From Sporichthyaceae bacterium (GTDB lineage Bacteria > Actinomycetota > Actinomycetes > Sporichthyales > Sporichthyaceae), in the NCBI GenBank assembly GCA_052388275.1, contig JBQTII010000081.1, positions 1,353 to 65,352 of the forward strand: a stretch of DNA of 64,000 bases, written 5' to 3'. Numbering within the stretch: the stretch's first letter is position 1; every line of letters starts with the position of its first letter. A model generated the notes under the pieces. The model ran no database searches and was not told the origin of the DNA. It worked only from the letters and a program-made list of their open reading frames with translations. Positions 35,032-43,336 of this stretch are shown one piece after another. The position numbers and the translations under genes were made by a program.

Positions 35032-36066
35032 GTGGATATCGATCCGATGCTGGCGCTGGCCGGTGTGTTCGTCGGGTTCATCGTCGGCCTGACCGGGATG
35101 GGCGGCGGGGCGCTGATGACCCCCGTGCTGGTGATCTTCTTCAACGTCAACCCACTTACCGCGGTCTCCAGTGACCTGGTGGTCTCGCTGATCATGAAAC
35201 CCGTGGGTGGGGCCGTGCACGCGCGCCGGGGCACCGTGAACAAGCCTCTGGTGCTCTGGTTGTGCGTCGGGTCGATCCGCTGCGCCTTCCTCGGGGTGCT
35301 GCTGCTCAAGTGGCTGGGCGGCGATGATGCTCAGCTCCAGGACCTGGTCAAGACCTCGCTGGGAGTGGCGCTGCTGGCCGCGTCCGCCGGCATCGTGCTC
35401 AAGGCCTTGCAGTCGATGCGCCAGCGCGCCCGCTACGGGAACGTCGCCCTGCCGCCGGTCATCGTGCGCCCGATTCCCACGATGATCGTCGGCGCCATCG
35501 GCGGGGTGATCGTGGGCATGACCTCGGTCGGGTCCGGCTCGCTGATCATCGTCGCGTTGCTGTTCCTCAACCCGGGCCTGAAGGCGGCCGAGATCGTCGG
35601 GACCGACCTGGTGCAGGCGGTCCCCCTGGTCGGCGCCGCGGCGATCGGTCACCTGCTCTTCGGCGACTTCGAGGCCGAACTCACCACCTCGATCCTGATC
35701 GGGGCGCTGCCCGGGGTGTACGTCGGTGCCCGGGTCTCCTCCCGGGCCTCGCAGTCGATCATCCGCCGCGCGCTGGTCGTGGTTCTGGTCGCCTCCGCGC
35801 TGAAGCTACTGGGCGCCTCGAACGAGATGTTGCTGCTGCTGCTCGCGATCGCGCTGCTGAGCGGTCCCCTGCTCTGGGCGCTCGCCCGGCACACCGCAGG
35901 GTTCACCCGCCGCCCGGCCCCGCTGGACCGGGGGGCCGCGCTGCGCCTGTTCGCGGGGGCCGCGATCGGGCGACGCGTCGGGGTTCGCCAGGACGCTGCG
36001 GCGCCGGTCTCGACGACGGCATCGGGCGGGTCCCGCGAACCTGACGAACCGTCAGATCAACGCTGA
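35032..36066 (+). CDS. TauE/SafE family (sulfite/anion exporter-like) membrane protein
   Basis: VGLTGMGGGALMTP and GMTSVGSGSLII repeats typical of the DUF81/TauE family. About 8 TM helices. Non-conserved C-terminal tail. Confidence 0.75.
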   Translation: MDIDPMLALAGVFVGFIVGLTGMGGGALMTPVLVIFFNVNPLTAVSSDLVVSLIMKPVGGAVHARRGTVNKPLVLWLCVGSIRCAFLGVLLLKWLGGDDAQLQDLVKTSLGVALLAASAGIVLKALQSMRQRARYGNVALPPVIVRPIPTMIVGAIGGVIVGMTSVGSGSLIIVALLFLNPGLKAAEIVGTDLVQAVPLVGAAAIGHLLFGDFEAELTTSILIGALPGVYVGARVSSRASQSIIRRALVVVLVASALKLLGASNEMLLLLLAIALLSGPLLWALARHTAGFTRRPAPLDRGAALRLFAGAAIGRRVGVRQDAAAPVSTTASGGSREPDEPSDQR

Positions 36067-36081
36067 TTCTCGCAGGGGCGA

Positions 36082-36112
36082 CGGTCCGGACGGAAGGCCT
36101 CCGTCCGGACCG
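36082..36112 (+). terminator. Stem-loop terminator after the TauE-like gene
   Basis: CGGTCCGGACGGA, loop AGGCC, TCCGTCCGGACCG. This is a 13-bp perfect stem 16 nt after the stop. Confidence 0.65.
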
Positions 36113-36440
36113 TGCCATGTGCACCTCACTCACGCGAGCGGGATCCGGAAGGCCTTCGAACCGAGCGTGCGCCCGATGGATGCGGGGCCACGCGTCGTTG
36201 TCTACTGGCGTTCCGGATCCCACCCGGGTCCAGCCCCCGCGGCGGTTTCTGCGATGCTCGGACAACGGGGACGCGGGTTTTTTACTAGTCCAGGTCGCCA
36301 ACGATCAAGGCGACGTTGACCTGCGACGATGAAGAACACTGCAGGTCACACGCACACAGATTCGAGATGATCAATCCGGAAATTTCAGTGCGTCGCGGCG
36401 TGTCGCGACATCGATTGCTCCATTCGGGTTGGAGGCAGGT

Positions 36441-37502
36441 GTGCACGTGCTCGTCACCGGCGGCGCCGGGTTCATCGGCTCCCACATCGTGAGTGCACTC
36501 GCGCATCGTGGGCACCAGGTGCGGGTGCTGGATTCCCTGCTCCCGGCGGTGCATCCGGTTGCGACGACACTGCCCACGGACGCGGAGTTCCGCCGCGGTG
36601 ATCTGCGCGACGTCGCCGCGGTCGCCCACGCGCTGGAGGGCATCGACGCGGTGTGTCATCAGGCGGCGATGGTGGGCCTGGGCCTCAACCTCGACGATGC
36701 GCCGGACTACGTCGGCGCGAACGATCTCGGCACTGCGGTGCTGCTCGCCGCGATGGCCCGTACCCGGATCGCGCGCCTCGTGCTCGCCTCCTCGATGGTC
36801 GTCTACGGCGAGGGGCGCTACGCCTGCCAGTTGCACGGCCACACGCCCGCCGCCCCGCGGCAGGTCGCTGACCTCGAAGCGGGCCGTTTCGAACCGCGGT
36901 GTTCCTGTGGACGCGTACTCTGCCCCGAACTCGTGGACGAGAGCGCCCCACTTGACCCGCGCAACGTCTATGCCGCGACCAAGGTTGCCCAGGAACATCT
37001 GTGCGCTGCCTGGGCGCGCGCCACCGGCGGCCGGGTCGCCGCCCTGCGTTACCACAACGTCTACGGCCCACGGATGCCGCGGGACACCCCGTACGCAGGG
37101 GTGGCCGCCATCTTCCGCTCCGCCCTCGCCGACTCCCGGCCACCGCAGGTCTTCGAGGACGGCGCGATGCGCCGAGACTTCGTGCACGTGCGCGATGTCG
37201 CCGGCGCCAACCTCGCCGCCCTCGCCGCCCTCACCGCCGATGGCGGACCGATCGCGGCCGGGACACTACGCCCCTACAACGTGGGCAGCGGGACCGTACG
37301 TACCGTGGCAGAGCTGGCCCGGGCACTCTCGGTGGCCTGCGGTGGACCCGCGCCGGTGGTGACCGGGGCCTATCGGCTCGGGGACGTGCGCCACATCACC
37401 GCGAGTTCGGACCGGCTGCGCGCCGAGCTGGGCTGGCGGGTGAGCGAAGACTTCACCGCAGGGATGGCGGAGTTCGCCGCGGCCCCGCTACGCGGCAGCT
37501 GA
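36441..37502 (+). CDS. NAD-dependent epimerase/dehydratase (extended SDR) with a Cys-rich insertion
   Basis: VLVTGGAGFIGSH Rossmann motif and YAATK (YxxxK). GGAGG at 36431-36435 precedes GTG at 36441. Confidence 0.85.
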   Translation: MHVLVTGGAGFIGSHIVSALAHRGHQVRVLDSLLPAVHPVATTLPTDAEFRRGDLRDVAAVAHALEGIDAVCHQAAMVGLGLNLDDAPDYVGANDLGTAVLLAAMARTRIARLVLASSMVVYGEGRYACQLHGHTPAAPRQVADLEAGRFEPRCSCGRVLCPELVDESAPLDPRNVYAATKVAQEHLCAAWARATGGRVAALRYHNVYGPRMPRDTPYAGVAAIFRSALADSRPPQVFEDGAMRRDFVHVRDVAGANLAALAALTADGGPIAAGTLRPYNVGSGTVRTVAELARALSVACGGPAPVVTGAYRLGDVRHITASSDRLRAELGWRVSEDFTAGMAEFAAAPLRGS

Positions 37503-37509
37503 GTGCCCG

Positions 37510-38646
37510 TCAGGCCGCCAGCGCCGGGAGCTGAACCTCGAAGCGGCAGCCACCGCCCACGTTGACCACAGTGATCTCCCCCGCGTGCGCCTCCACGATC
37601 CCCCGCACGATCGCCAGCCCCAACCCGGCCCCGCCATCGCGTCCCGGGGTGCGCGCATTCGTCCCCCGCCAGGCCACGTCAAAGACGCGAGCGAGATCGG
37701 GCTCCGGGATGCCACCGCAGCCGTCGGTGACCGTGATGCGGGCCCGGCCCTCGGCGCGGTCCAGGTGAATCTCGACCGTCCCGTCGGCCGGGGTGTGTCG
37801 GATGGCGTTCACCACCAGGTTGCTCATCAGCCGGGACAGCTCCCGGCCGTCAGCCCGCACGGCCACGTCGGTCAGGGCATGACCGCGCAGCGTGATCCCG
37901 CGTTCGCGAGCGAGCGCATCCGCCCCGGCCAGGGTGTCCGAGACCAGATCGGAGAGCGAGATACGTTCCAGGGTCAACTTCAGGGCGCCGGCGTGGATGA
38001 CGGAGAGTTCGAAGAGATCGTCGACCATCGCGGCGAGGCGATCGACCTCCATCCGGATCTGCTTGCGGTAACGGTCCGGATCGCTCGCGACGCCGTCCTC
38101 CAATGCCTCGGCCATCGCACGCATCCCGGCCAGCGGGGTGCGCAGATCGTGTGAGACCCAGGCGACGAGCTCGCGGCGCGAGGACTCAAGCGCGTTCGCC
38201 CGATCCCGGGACTCGGCCAGGCGGGTGCGCGCGGCCTCCAGCTCCCGGCTGAGCTCGGTGAACTCCGAGGACATCCGATGCCGACCCCGTGAGGTGGACT
38301 GACCGGGGGTGAGGCGCCCGATGTCGCCGATCGCCCGGGCCTCGGCGGTCAGCACCCGGCTGCCGGCCGCGAACGTACGGGCCAACGCGAACGAGACCCC
38401 GGTCATCAGCAGCGCGACCACGACGCTGACCATGATCACCACGTCGAAATCGTGACTCGACAGGAACATCGCGTGCGCCGTGCCGACCGTCGCGGCGATC
38501 ATCGCGGCGACGGTCGTCAGGCAGAGCGTGAGCAGCGCGGCCCGCAACGAGCGATGGCGCAGGCGGCGCAGCAGCGTGAGCCCCAGGATGGCCACCGCGC
38601 CGGACCAGGCCAGCGCGATCAGCACGACCTCGACCTTCTCGTTCAC
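37510..38646 (-). CDS. Sensor histidine kinase (2 TM, HAMP, HisKA, HATPase_c)
   Basis: H-box VSHDLRTPLAG, N-box VVNAIRHTP, G-boxes DGCGGIP and GGAGLGLAIV. GTGA overlap with the response regulator stop. Confidence 0.9.
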   Translation of the reverse strand: MNEKVEVVLIALAWSGAVAILGLTLLRRLRHRSLRAALLTLCLTTVAAMIAATVGTAHAMFLSSHDFDVVIMVSVVVALLMTGVSFALARTFAAGSRVLTAEARAIGDIGRLTPGQSTSRGRHRMSSEFTELSRELEAARTRLAESRDRANALESSRRELVAWVSHDLRTPLAGMRAMAEALEDGVASDPDRYRKQIRMEVDRLAAMVDDLFELSVIHAGALKLTLERISLSDLVSDTLAGADALARERGITLRGHALTDVAVRADGRELSRLMSNLVVNAIRHTPADGTVEIHLDRAEGRARITVTDGCGGIPEPDLARVFDVAWRGTNARTPGRDGGAGLGLAIVRGIVEAHAGEITVVNVGGGCRFEVQLPALAA

Positions 38647-39407
38647 AGCCGCACGTCCTGGGCCGAGGTCGGCTCGTCGGCCGCGGGGTGATCGCCGCCC
38701 TCGCCCGGGGGATCAAAGCGGTAGCCCACCCCCCATACCGTGACCAGCATCTGCGGGTTCGCGGGGTCCTGCTCCACCTTCTCCCGCAGGCGGCGCATGT
38801 GCACGGTGACGGTGGACTGGTCCCCGAACTCCCAGCCCCACACCGTGCGCATGAGTTCTTCGCGGGTGAAGGCCTGCCCGGGATGCGCGAGCAGGAAGGC
38901 GAGCAGGTCGAACTCACGCGCCGTCAGGGCCAGCTCGAGGCCACCTTTGCTCACCCGATGTCCGATGACGTCGACCCGCAGCGACCCGCTCTCCAGTACG
39001 CTGGGCCCCTCGCAGGCCGCGGGATCGGGACCGGTTGCCCGGCGCAGCACCGAACGTACCCGCAGGGTGAGTTCACGGGGGCTGAACGGCTTGGTGACGT
39101 AGTCGTCGGCCCCGACCTCCAAACCGAGGACGCGATCGTTCTCGCCCCCGAGCGCGGTGAGCATGATCACCGGTACCGGCGCGGTGGCCCGCAGCCGGCG
39201 GCAAACCTCGAGCCCGTCGATGCCGGGGAGCATGAGGTCCAGCACCACCAGGTCGGGCCACGCCCGCGCGGCCGCCGCCAGCGCCTGGGCCCCGTCCGCC
39301 GCATGGATCACCTCGTACCCGGCATTGCGCAGATAGGTGGACACGACCTCGGCGATGGTGAGGTCATCCTCGACCACGAGGACGCGCGGCGTACTCGGCG
39401 TGTTCAT
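38643..39407 (-). CDS. OmpR-family response regulator
   Basis: VLVVEDD...DLVVLDLMLPG.DG, and the winged-helix part LT.REFDLLAFLL.HPG..F.RE.L...VWG. Confidence 0.9.
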   Translation of the reverse strand: MNTPSTPRVLVVEDDLTIAEVVSTYLRNAGYEVIHAADGAQALAAAARAWPDLVVLDLMLPGIDGLEVCRRLRATAPVPVIMLTALGGENDRVLGLEVGADDYVTKPFSPRELTLRVRSVLRRATGPDPAACEGPSVLESGSLRVDVIGHRVSKGGLELALTAREFDLLAFLLAHPGQAFTREELMRTVWGWEFGDQSTVTVHMRRLREKVEQDPANPQMLVTVWGVGYRFDPPGEGGDHPAADEPTSAQDVRL

Positions 39408-39493
39408 GGCGAGGTACTCAGCGGGTGCCCTTGGCGCATGCTCGCGAGTTTAGGGGCCGTCAGCTCCCCGCTAAACCGATCACCACGCCGCGT

Positions 39494-39540
39494 CAGCAGA
39501 CCGTAAGGGCATCGCCGGGAACCTGGCAGCAGTTCGTAAC
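39494..39540. promoter_or_regulatory. Direct repeat CAGCAGaCCGTAAG / CAGCAGtTCGTAAC spaced 33 bp, in the divergent RR / GT2-operon promoter region
   Basis: Read directly; 11 of 14 positions are identical. Located between the response regulator start (39407) and the GT2 start (39586). Confidence 0.35.
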
Positions 39541-39585
39541 AACGCACCGAAGGTTTCGCCTCACCACTGACCCTACCGTGGGGTC

Positions 39586-40281
39586 ATGCCTTCATCGTTG
39601 CCCGCAGACCCTCGTGAGCACCGCACCGTCCCTGCCCAGGTCGACGTCGTGCTGCCGTGCCTGAACGAGGCCGCCGCGCTGCCGTGGGTGCTGGAACGCT
39701 TCCCCGCCTGGGCTCGACCGATCGTCGTCGACAACGCCAGCAACGACGCCAGCGCCCGGATCGCCGCCGAGCTGGGCGCGTTGGTCGTGCGCGAGGAGCG
39801 GCGCGGGTTCGGGGCCGCCGCACACGCCGGGCTGCTCGCCGCCAGTGCCCCGATCGTGGCGTTCTGCGACGCGGACGCTTCGATGGATCCCCGCGAACTG
39901 CATCTGGTGGTCGAACCGATCCAGGCCGGCCGGGCGGACCTGGTCCTTGGCCGGCGGGTGCCACGGCCCGGGTCGTGGCCTGCCCATGCCCGCATCGCCA
40001 ACCGGGCACTCGGGGCGCTGCTCGGCCGGCGGGCGGGCCTGCGGTTGCGAGACCTGGGCCCGATGCGGGCCGCCCGCAGGACCGACCTACTCGACCTGAA
40101 TCTGATGGACCGTCGGTTCGGCTATCCACTGGAGATGGTGGTCGTTGCGGCGCGCGCCAGGTGGCGGATCGTCGAGGTTGACACGAGCTATCACCCACGA
40201 ATCGGGCGCTCCAAGGTCACCGGGACACTGCGCGGCACGCTGCGGACCGTCAAAGACATGAGCGCGGTGCTGGCCCGGTGA
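39586..40281 (+). CDS. Glycosyltransferase family 2 (polyprenyl-phosphate sugar synthase-like; Rv0539-like)
   Basis: VDVVLPCLNEA, VVDNASNDAS, FCDADASMDP (DxD), VLGRR. Confidence 0.85.
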   Translation: MPSSLPADPREHRTVPAQVDVVLPCLNEAAALPWVLERFPAWARPIVVDNASNDASARIAAELGALVVREERRGFGAAAHAGLLAASAPIVAFCDADASMDPRELHLVVEPIQAGRADLVLGRRVPRPGSWPAHARIANRALGALLGRRAGLRLRDLGPMRAARRTDLLDLNLMDRRFGYPLEMVVVAARARWRIVEVDTSYHPRIGRSKVTGTLRGTLRTVKDMSAVLAR

Positions 40282-40922
40282 AAGACGCCGGCGAGTTGAC
40301 GATCGTCGTGATGGCCAAAGAGCCCGTTGCGGGCCGGGTCAAGACCCGGTTGAGTCCACCGTTCACCCCCGAGCAGGCCGCGGCGCTCGCCGAGGCCGCC
40401 TTGCGCGACACCCTGGACACGGTCGTCCTCGCCCCGGCTACGCGCCGAGTGCTCTGCCTGGACGGCACTGCGGGCCGCTGGCTGCCGCCCGGGTTCGACG
40501 TGCTACCGCAATGCGCCGGCTCCTTGGACGAGCGACTGGCCGGGGCGCTCGCGGGCTGCTGCGGGCCGACGCTCATCATCGGCATGGACACCCCACAACT
40601 GAGCTCCCATCACCTGCACCTGACCTGGAGCACCTACGACGCATGGCTAGGGCCGGCCTGCGACGGCGGCTACTGGGGCATCGCTGTGCGCAACCCTGAC
40701 CCGGCGTTGCTCCTCGGCGTACCCATGTCGAGCGCGCACACCGGCGCCGCACAACTGAGCAGGCTGACCGGCGCGGGGCTGCGAACGGGGCTGTTGGCAA
40801 CCTTGCGCGACGTCGACACCGCAGAGGATGCGGCCGCGGTCGCCGCCCTGTGTCCGCAGAGCCGGTTCGGGCGCCGGCACCGCACCTTCGCCGCGGAAGT
40901 GGCGATCGCAGATGTCTGTTGA
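40278..40922 (+). CDS. DUF2064 family protein (TIGR04282-type; Rv0540-like)
   Basis: VVMAKEPVAGRVKTRLSPPFTPEQAA.L..A.L.DT, IGMDTPQL, GPA.DGGYW. GTGA overlap with the GT2 stop. Confidence 0.8.
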   Translation: MKDAGELTIVVMAKEPVAGRVKTRLSPPFTPEQAAALAEAALRDTLDTVVLAPATRRVLCLDGTAGRWLPPGFDVLPQCAGSLDERLAGALAGCCGPTLIIGMDTPQLSSHHLHLTWSTYDAWLGPACDGGYWGIAVRNPDPALLLGVPMSSAHTGAAQLSRLTGAGLRTGLLATLRDVDTAEDAAAVAALCPQSRFGRRHRTFAAEVAIADVC

Positions 40923-41568
40923 CACCCTGCCCTGGGCCGGCGATGTCCTCGCGGAATACCAGGACGCATTGTGGTCCGAGGTCGCGATGACCGTTCGCGA
41001 CTGTAGCGGCCGAGCGCTGCCCTTCGACATCCCGCGCTGGAGCGCGCAGGCCGATACCGCCGACCAGAGCATGCTGGCGCGCTGCGAGGGACCGACCTTG
41101 GACATCGGCTGCGGGCCGGGCCGTCTGGTCGCCGCGCTGGCCCACCGGGGCCTACCGGCACTCGGTGTGGATATCGCCCCAGCGGCGGTAGCCCTCACCC
41201 GTGCCGGGGGTGCGAGCGCGCTGCGCCGCTCGGTCTTCGACCCCCTTCCCGGCGAGGGCCGCTGGCGCTTCGCGCTGCTCGCCGACGGCAACATCGGCAT
41301 CGGTGGCAACGCAGCGAGACTGCTCGGGCGGGTGCGCGAGTTACTGGCGCCGGGCGGGGTGGTGCTCATTGAGGCCGACCCGCACGGCCGGACCGAGACC
41401 GTCCTGGCCACTGTGCACTCGCCGGAGAATCGACCGGCGGCGACTTTTCCGTGGCTGCACATCAGCGCCCCCGATGTCTGCGTCGTGGGAGCGGGCCTGG
41501 GCCTGACCCTGGCCGAGACCTGGTCATCGGGCGGACGATGCTTTGTCGCGCTACGGAAGGCGGAGTAA
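40912..41568 (+). CDS. Class I SAM-dependent methyltransferase
   Basis: Motif I LDIGCGPGRL. Post-I GVDIAP. ATG at 40912 overlaps the upstream gene by 11 nt. Confidence 0.8.
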   Translation: MSVDTLPWAGDVLAEYQDALWSEVAMTVRDCSGRALPFDIPRWSAQADTADQSMLARCEGPTLDIGCGPGRLVAALAHRGLPALGVDIAPAAVALTRAGGASALRRSVFDPLPGEGRWRFALLADGNIGIGGNAARLLGRVRELLAPGGVVLIEADPHGRTETVLATVHSPENRPAATFPWLHISAPDVCVVGAGLGLTLAETWSSGGRCFVALRKAE

Positions 41569-42837
41569 ATGCTCGGCACACCGCCCGGCCCGTTCCGGGC
41601 CGGTTTCTGGCGCAGCCCGATCCGCGGGCCCTGGATCACCTCCGTACTCGGCGCACTATTGCTCATCGGGATCCCGGTCATGTTCGCGACCGGGATGCTG
41701 TCCTACCTCGCGTACAACCCGTGGCTGCCGGGTAACGACGAGCGCCACGGCAGCGGCGTGTTGACCTTCATCCCCTTCCACTGGCCGGCCAGTCCGGCGT
41801 GGGGGTACCGCTTCACCCAGGGACTGCACGTGTGCCTCGGGGTGATCCTGATCCCGGTCCTGCTGGCCAAGCTGTGGTCGGTCATCCCGAAGCTGTTCGC
41901 CTGGCCGCCGGTCCGCTCGCCGGCCCACGCCCTGGAACGACTGTCGTTGTTCCTGCTCGTCGGCGGCGCCCTGTTCACCTTCGCCACCGGCCTGCTCAAC
42001 ATCCAGTACTGGTACCGCTTCCCCGGCTCGTTCTACGTCCTGCACTTCTACGGCGCCTGGGTGTTCATCGCGGCGTTCTTTGCTCATGCGGCGCTCAAGA
42101 TCCCGCTGATGGTCGCCACCCTGCGGGCGCGGCCGCTACGCGCGGAACTGCGCGTCGACCTGGCCCGCACCGAGCCGGAGCCGTACCCCGAGGATGGGCT
42201 GGTCAGTTCCGATCCGGCGCCGCCCTCGGTGTCCCGCCGAGGGGTCCTCGGCCTGGTCGGAGCCGGTAGCGCCGCCATGGCCGTCGTGATGGCGGGGCAG
42301 TCGATCGGCGGACCGCTACGCCGGATCTCGGTGCTCGCCCCGCGCGGCGGCTTCACCGAGGGCAGCGGGCCGAACGATTTCCAGGTCAACATCACCGCCG
42401 GCGAGGCGCAGATCACGGCCTCGCAGGTCGGTGCCGGCTGGCGGCTGGAACTGGCGGGCGGACGCGCTCGGGTCGTACTGACCCGTGATCAGCTGCTGGC
42501 GATGACCCTGTACACCGCGAACCTGCCGATCGCCTGCGTCGAGGGTTGGTCGACCGGCAATCAACGCTGGGAGGGCGTGCGCCTGCGCGACCTGGCGGCC
42601 CTGGCTGGATCGCAGGATCCGGGGTCGGTGTTCGTCGAGTCGCTGCAGTCCGGCGGGTCGTTCTCGCGGGGCCGCCTGGCGGGTAATCAGATCGCGCACC
42701 CGGACAGCCTGCTCGCGCTGCGCGTCAACGGCGTCGACCTATCGATGGACCACGGCTTTCCGGCGCGGGTGATCGTCCCCAACAACCCCGGGGTGCGCAA
42801 CACCAAGTGGGTCAACCGTCTCACCTTCGAGGCCTGA
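41569..42837 (+). CDS. Membrane cytochrome-b-like domain fused to a molybdopterin-dependent (SUOX-fold) oxidoreductase domain
   Basis: N-terminal ~190 aa with 4-5 TM helices carrying conserved-looking His (GLHVCLG, HFYGAW, FFAHAAL). C-terminal PIACVEGWS...WEGVRLRDL...LLALRVNG..L...HGFPARVIVP...G..NTKWV. The ATG directly follows the upstream TAA. Confidence 0.8.
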   Translation: MLGTPPGPFRAGFWRSPIRGPWITSVLGALLLIGIPVMFATGMLSYLAYNPWLPGNDERHGSGVLTFIPFHWPASPAWGYRFTQGLHVCLGVILIPVLLAKLWSVIPKLFAWPPVRSPAHALERLSLFLLVGGALFTFATGLLNIQYWYRFPGSFYVLHFYGAWVFIAAFFAHAALKIPLMVATLRARPLRAELRVDLARTEPEPYPEDGLVSSDPAPPSVSRRGVLGLVGAGSAAMAVVMAGQSIGGPLRRISVLAPRGGFTEGSGPNDFQVNITAGEAQITASQVGAGWRLELAGGRARVVLTRDQLLAMTLYTANLPIACVEGWSTGNQRWEGVRLRDLAALAGSQDPGSVFVESLQSGGSFSRGRLAGNQIAHPDSLLALRVNGVDLSMDHGFPARVIVPNNPGVRNTKWVNRLTFEA

Positions 42838-42841
42838 GGCC

Positions 42842-43336
42842 GTGTCCCCCACCCTGCGCCCGCCCGGCCCACGACCCGGTGTCGAGAGGATCCGGCGCCG
42901 CTACGGCGCCCACCCCGCACACCTGCTCGTCCTGGCCGGCGCCCTGGCCATCGCCCTGATCGCCGGCAGGCCCCTGCTCGATGAAGGAGGCCTGGAGGTG
43001 GTCATCTGGTTCGCGGGCTCCGCGATCCTGCACGACGCCGTGTTCGTCATGGCCTACATCGGCGCCGACTCGCTGCTCGTGCGAGCGTGGCGCCGACGCC
43101 CCGGCCGGGTAGCGTGGATCAACTTTGTCCGGGTACCGGCCGCGATCTCCGCGATCATGTTCGTTGTCTACTCGCCGGTGATCCTCGGCAAGGCGACCTC
43201 GTTCCAGAGCAAGACCCTGCGCTCGACGGACGCCTATCTTGGGCACTGGCTGCTGGTCAGCGCGGTGCTCGCCGGGATCTCCCTGACGGCCTACCTCGCC
43301 CGGGTGCTGGTGGTGGCGTGGCGGCGCCGGCAATGA
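42842..43336 (+). CDS. Hypothetical polytopic membrane protein (about 4 TM)
   Basis: Hydrophobic segments. 4-nt gap after the upstream gene and ATGA overlap with the downstream gene. No motif recognised. Confidence 0.6.
   Translation: MSPTLRPPGPRPGVERIRRRYGAHPAHLLVLAGALAIALIAGRPLLDEGGLEVVIWFAGSAILHDAVFVMAYIGADSLLVRAWRRRPGRVAWINFVRVPAAISAIMFVVYSPVILGKATSFQSKTLRSTDAYLGHWLLVSAVLAGISLTAYLARVLVVAWRRRQ

Noticed and set aside
34887-35309. N-terminal extension of the lnt ORF. Analogous extensions occur on 49764-51224, 52526-55720, 59964-61412, 174-365, 18225-18746, 29148-29486 and 29654-30349.
   Set aside because: The extensions overlap neighbouring well-supported genes or have non-protein-like composition. 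Internal starts with coupling overlaps or Shine-Dalgarno sequences fit the conserved N-termini better.
36117-36332. The 71-aa and 66-aa ORFs in the TauE-epimerase spacer as small proteins.
   Set aside because: They have no start context and an Arg/Gly/Pro-rich composition, and two overlapping frames are equally open. The region is better explained as structured non-coding DNA.
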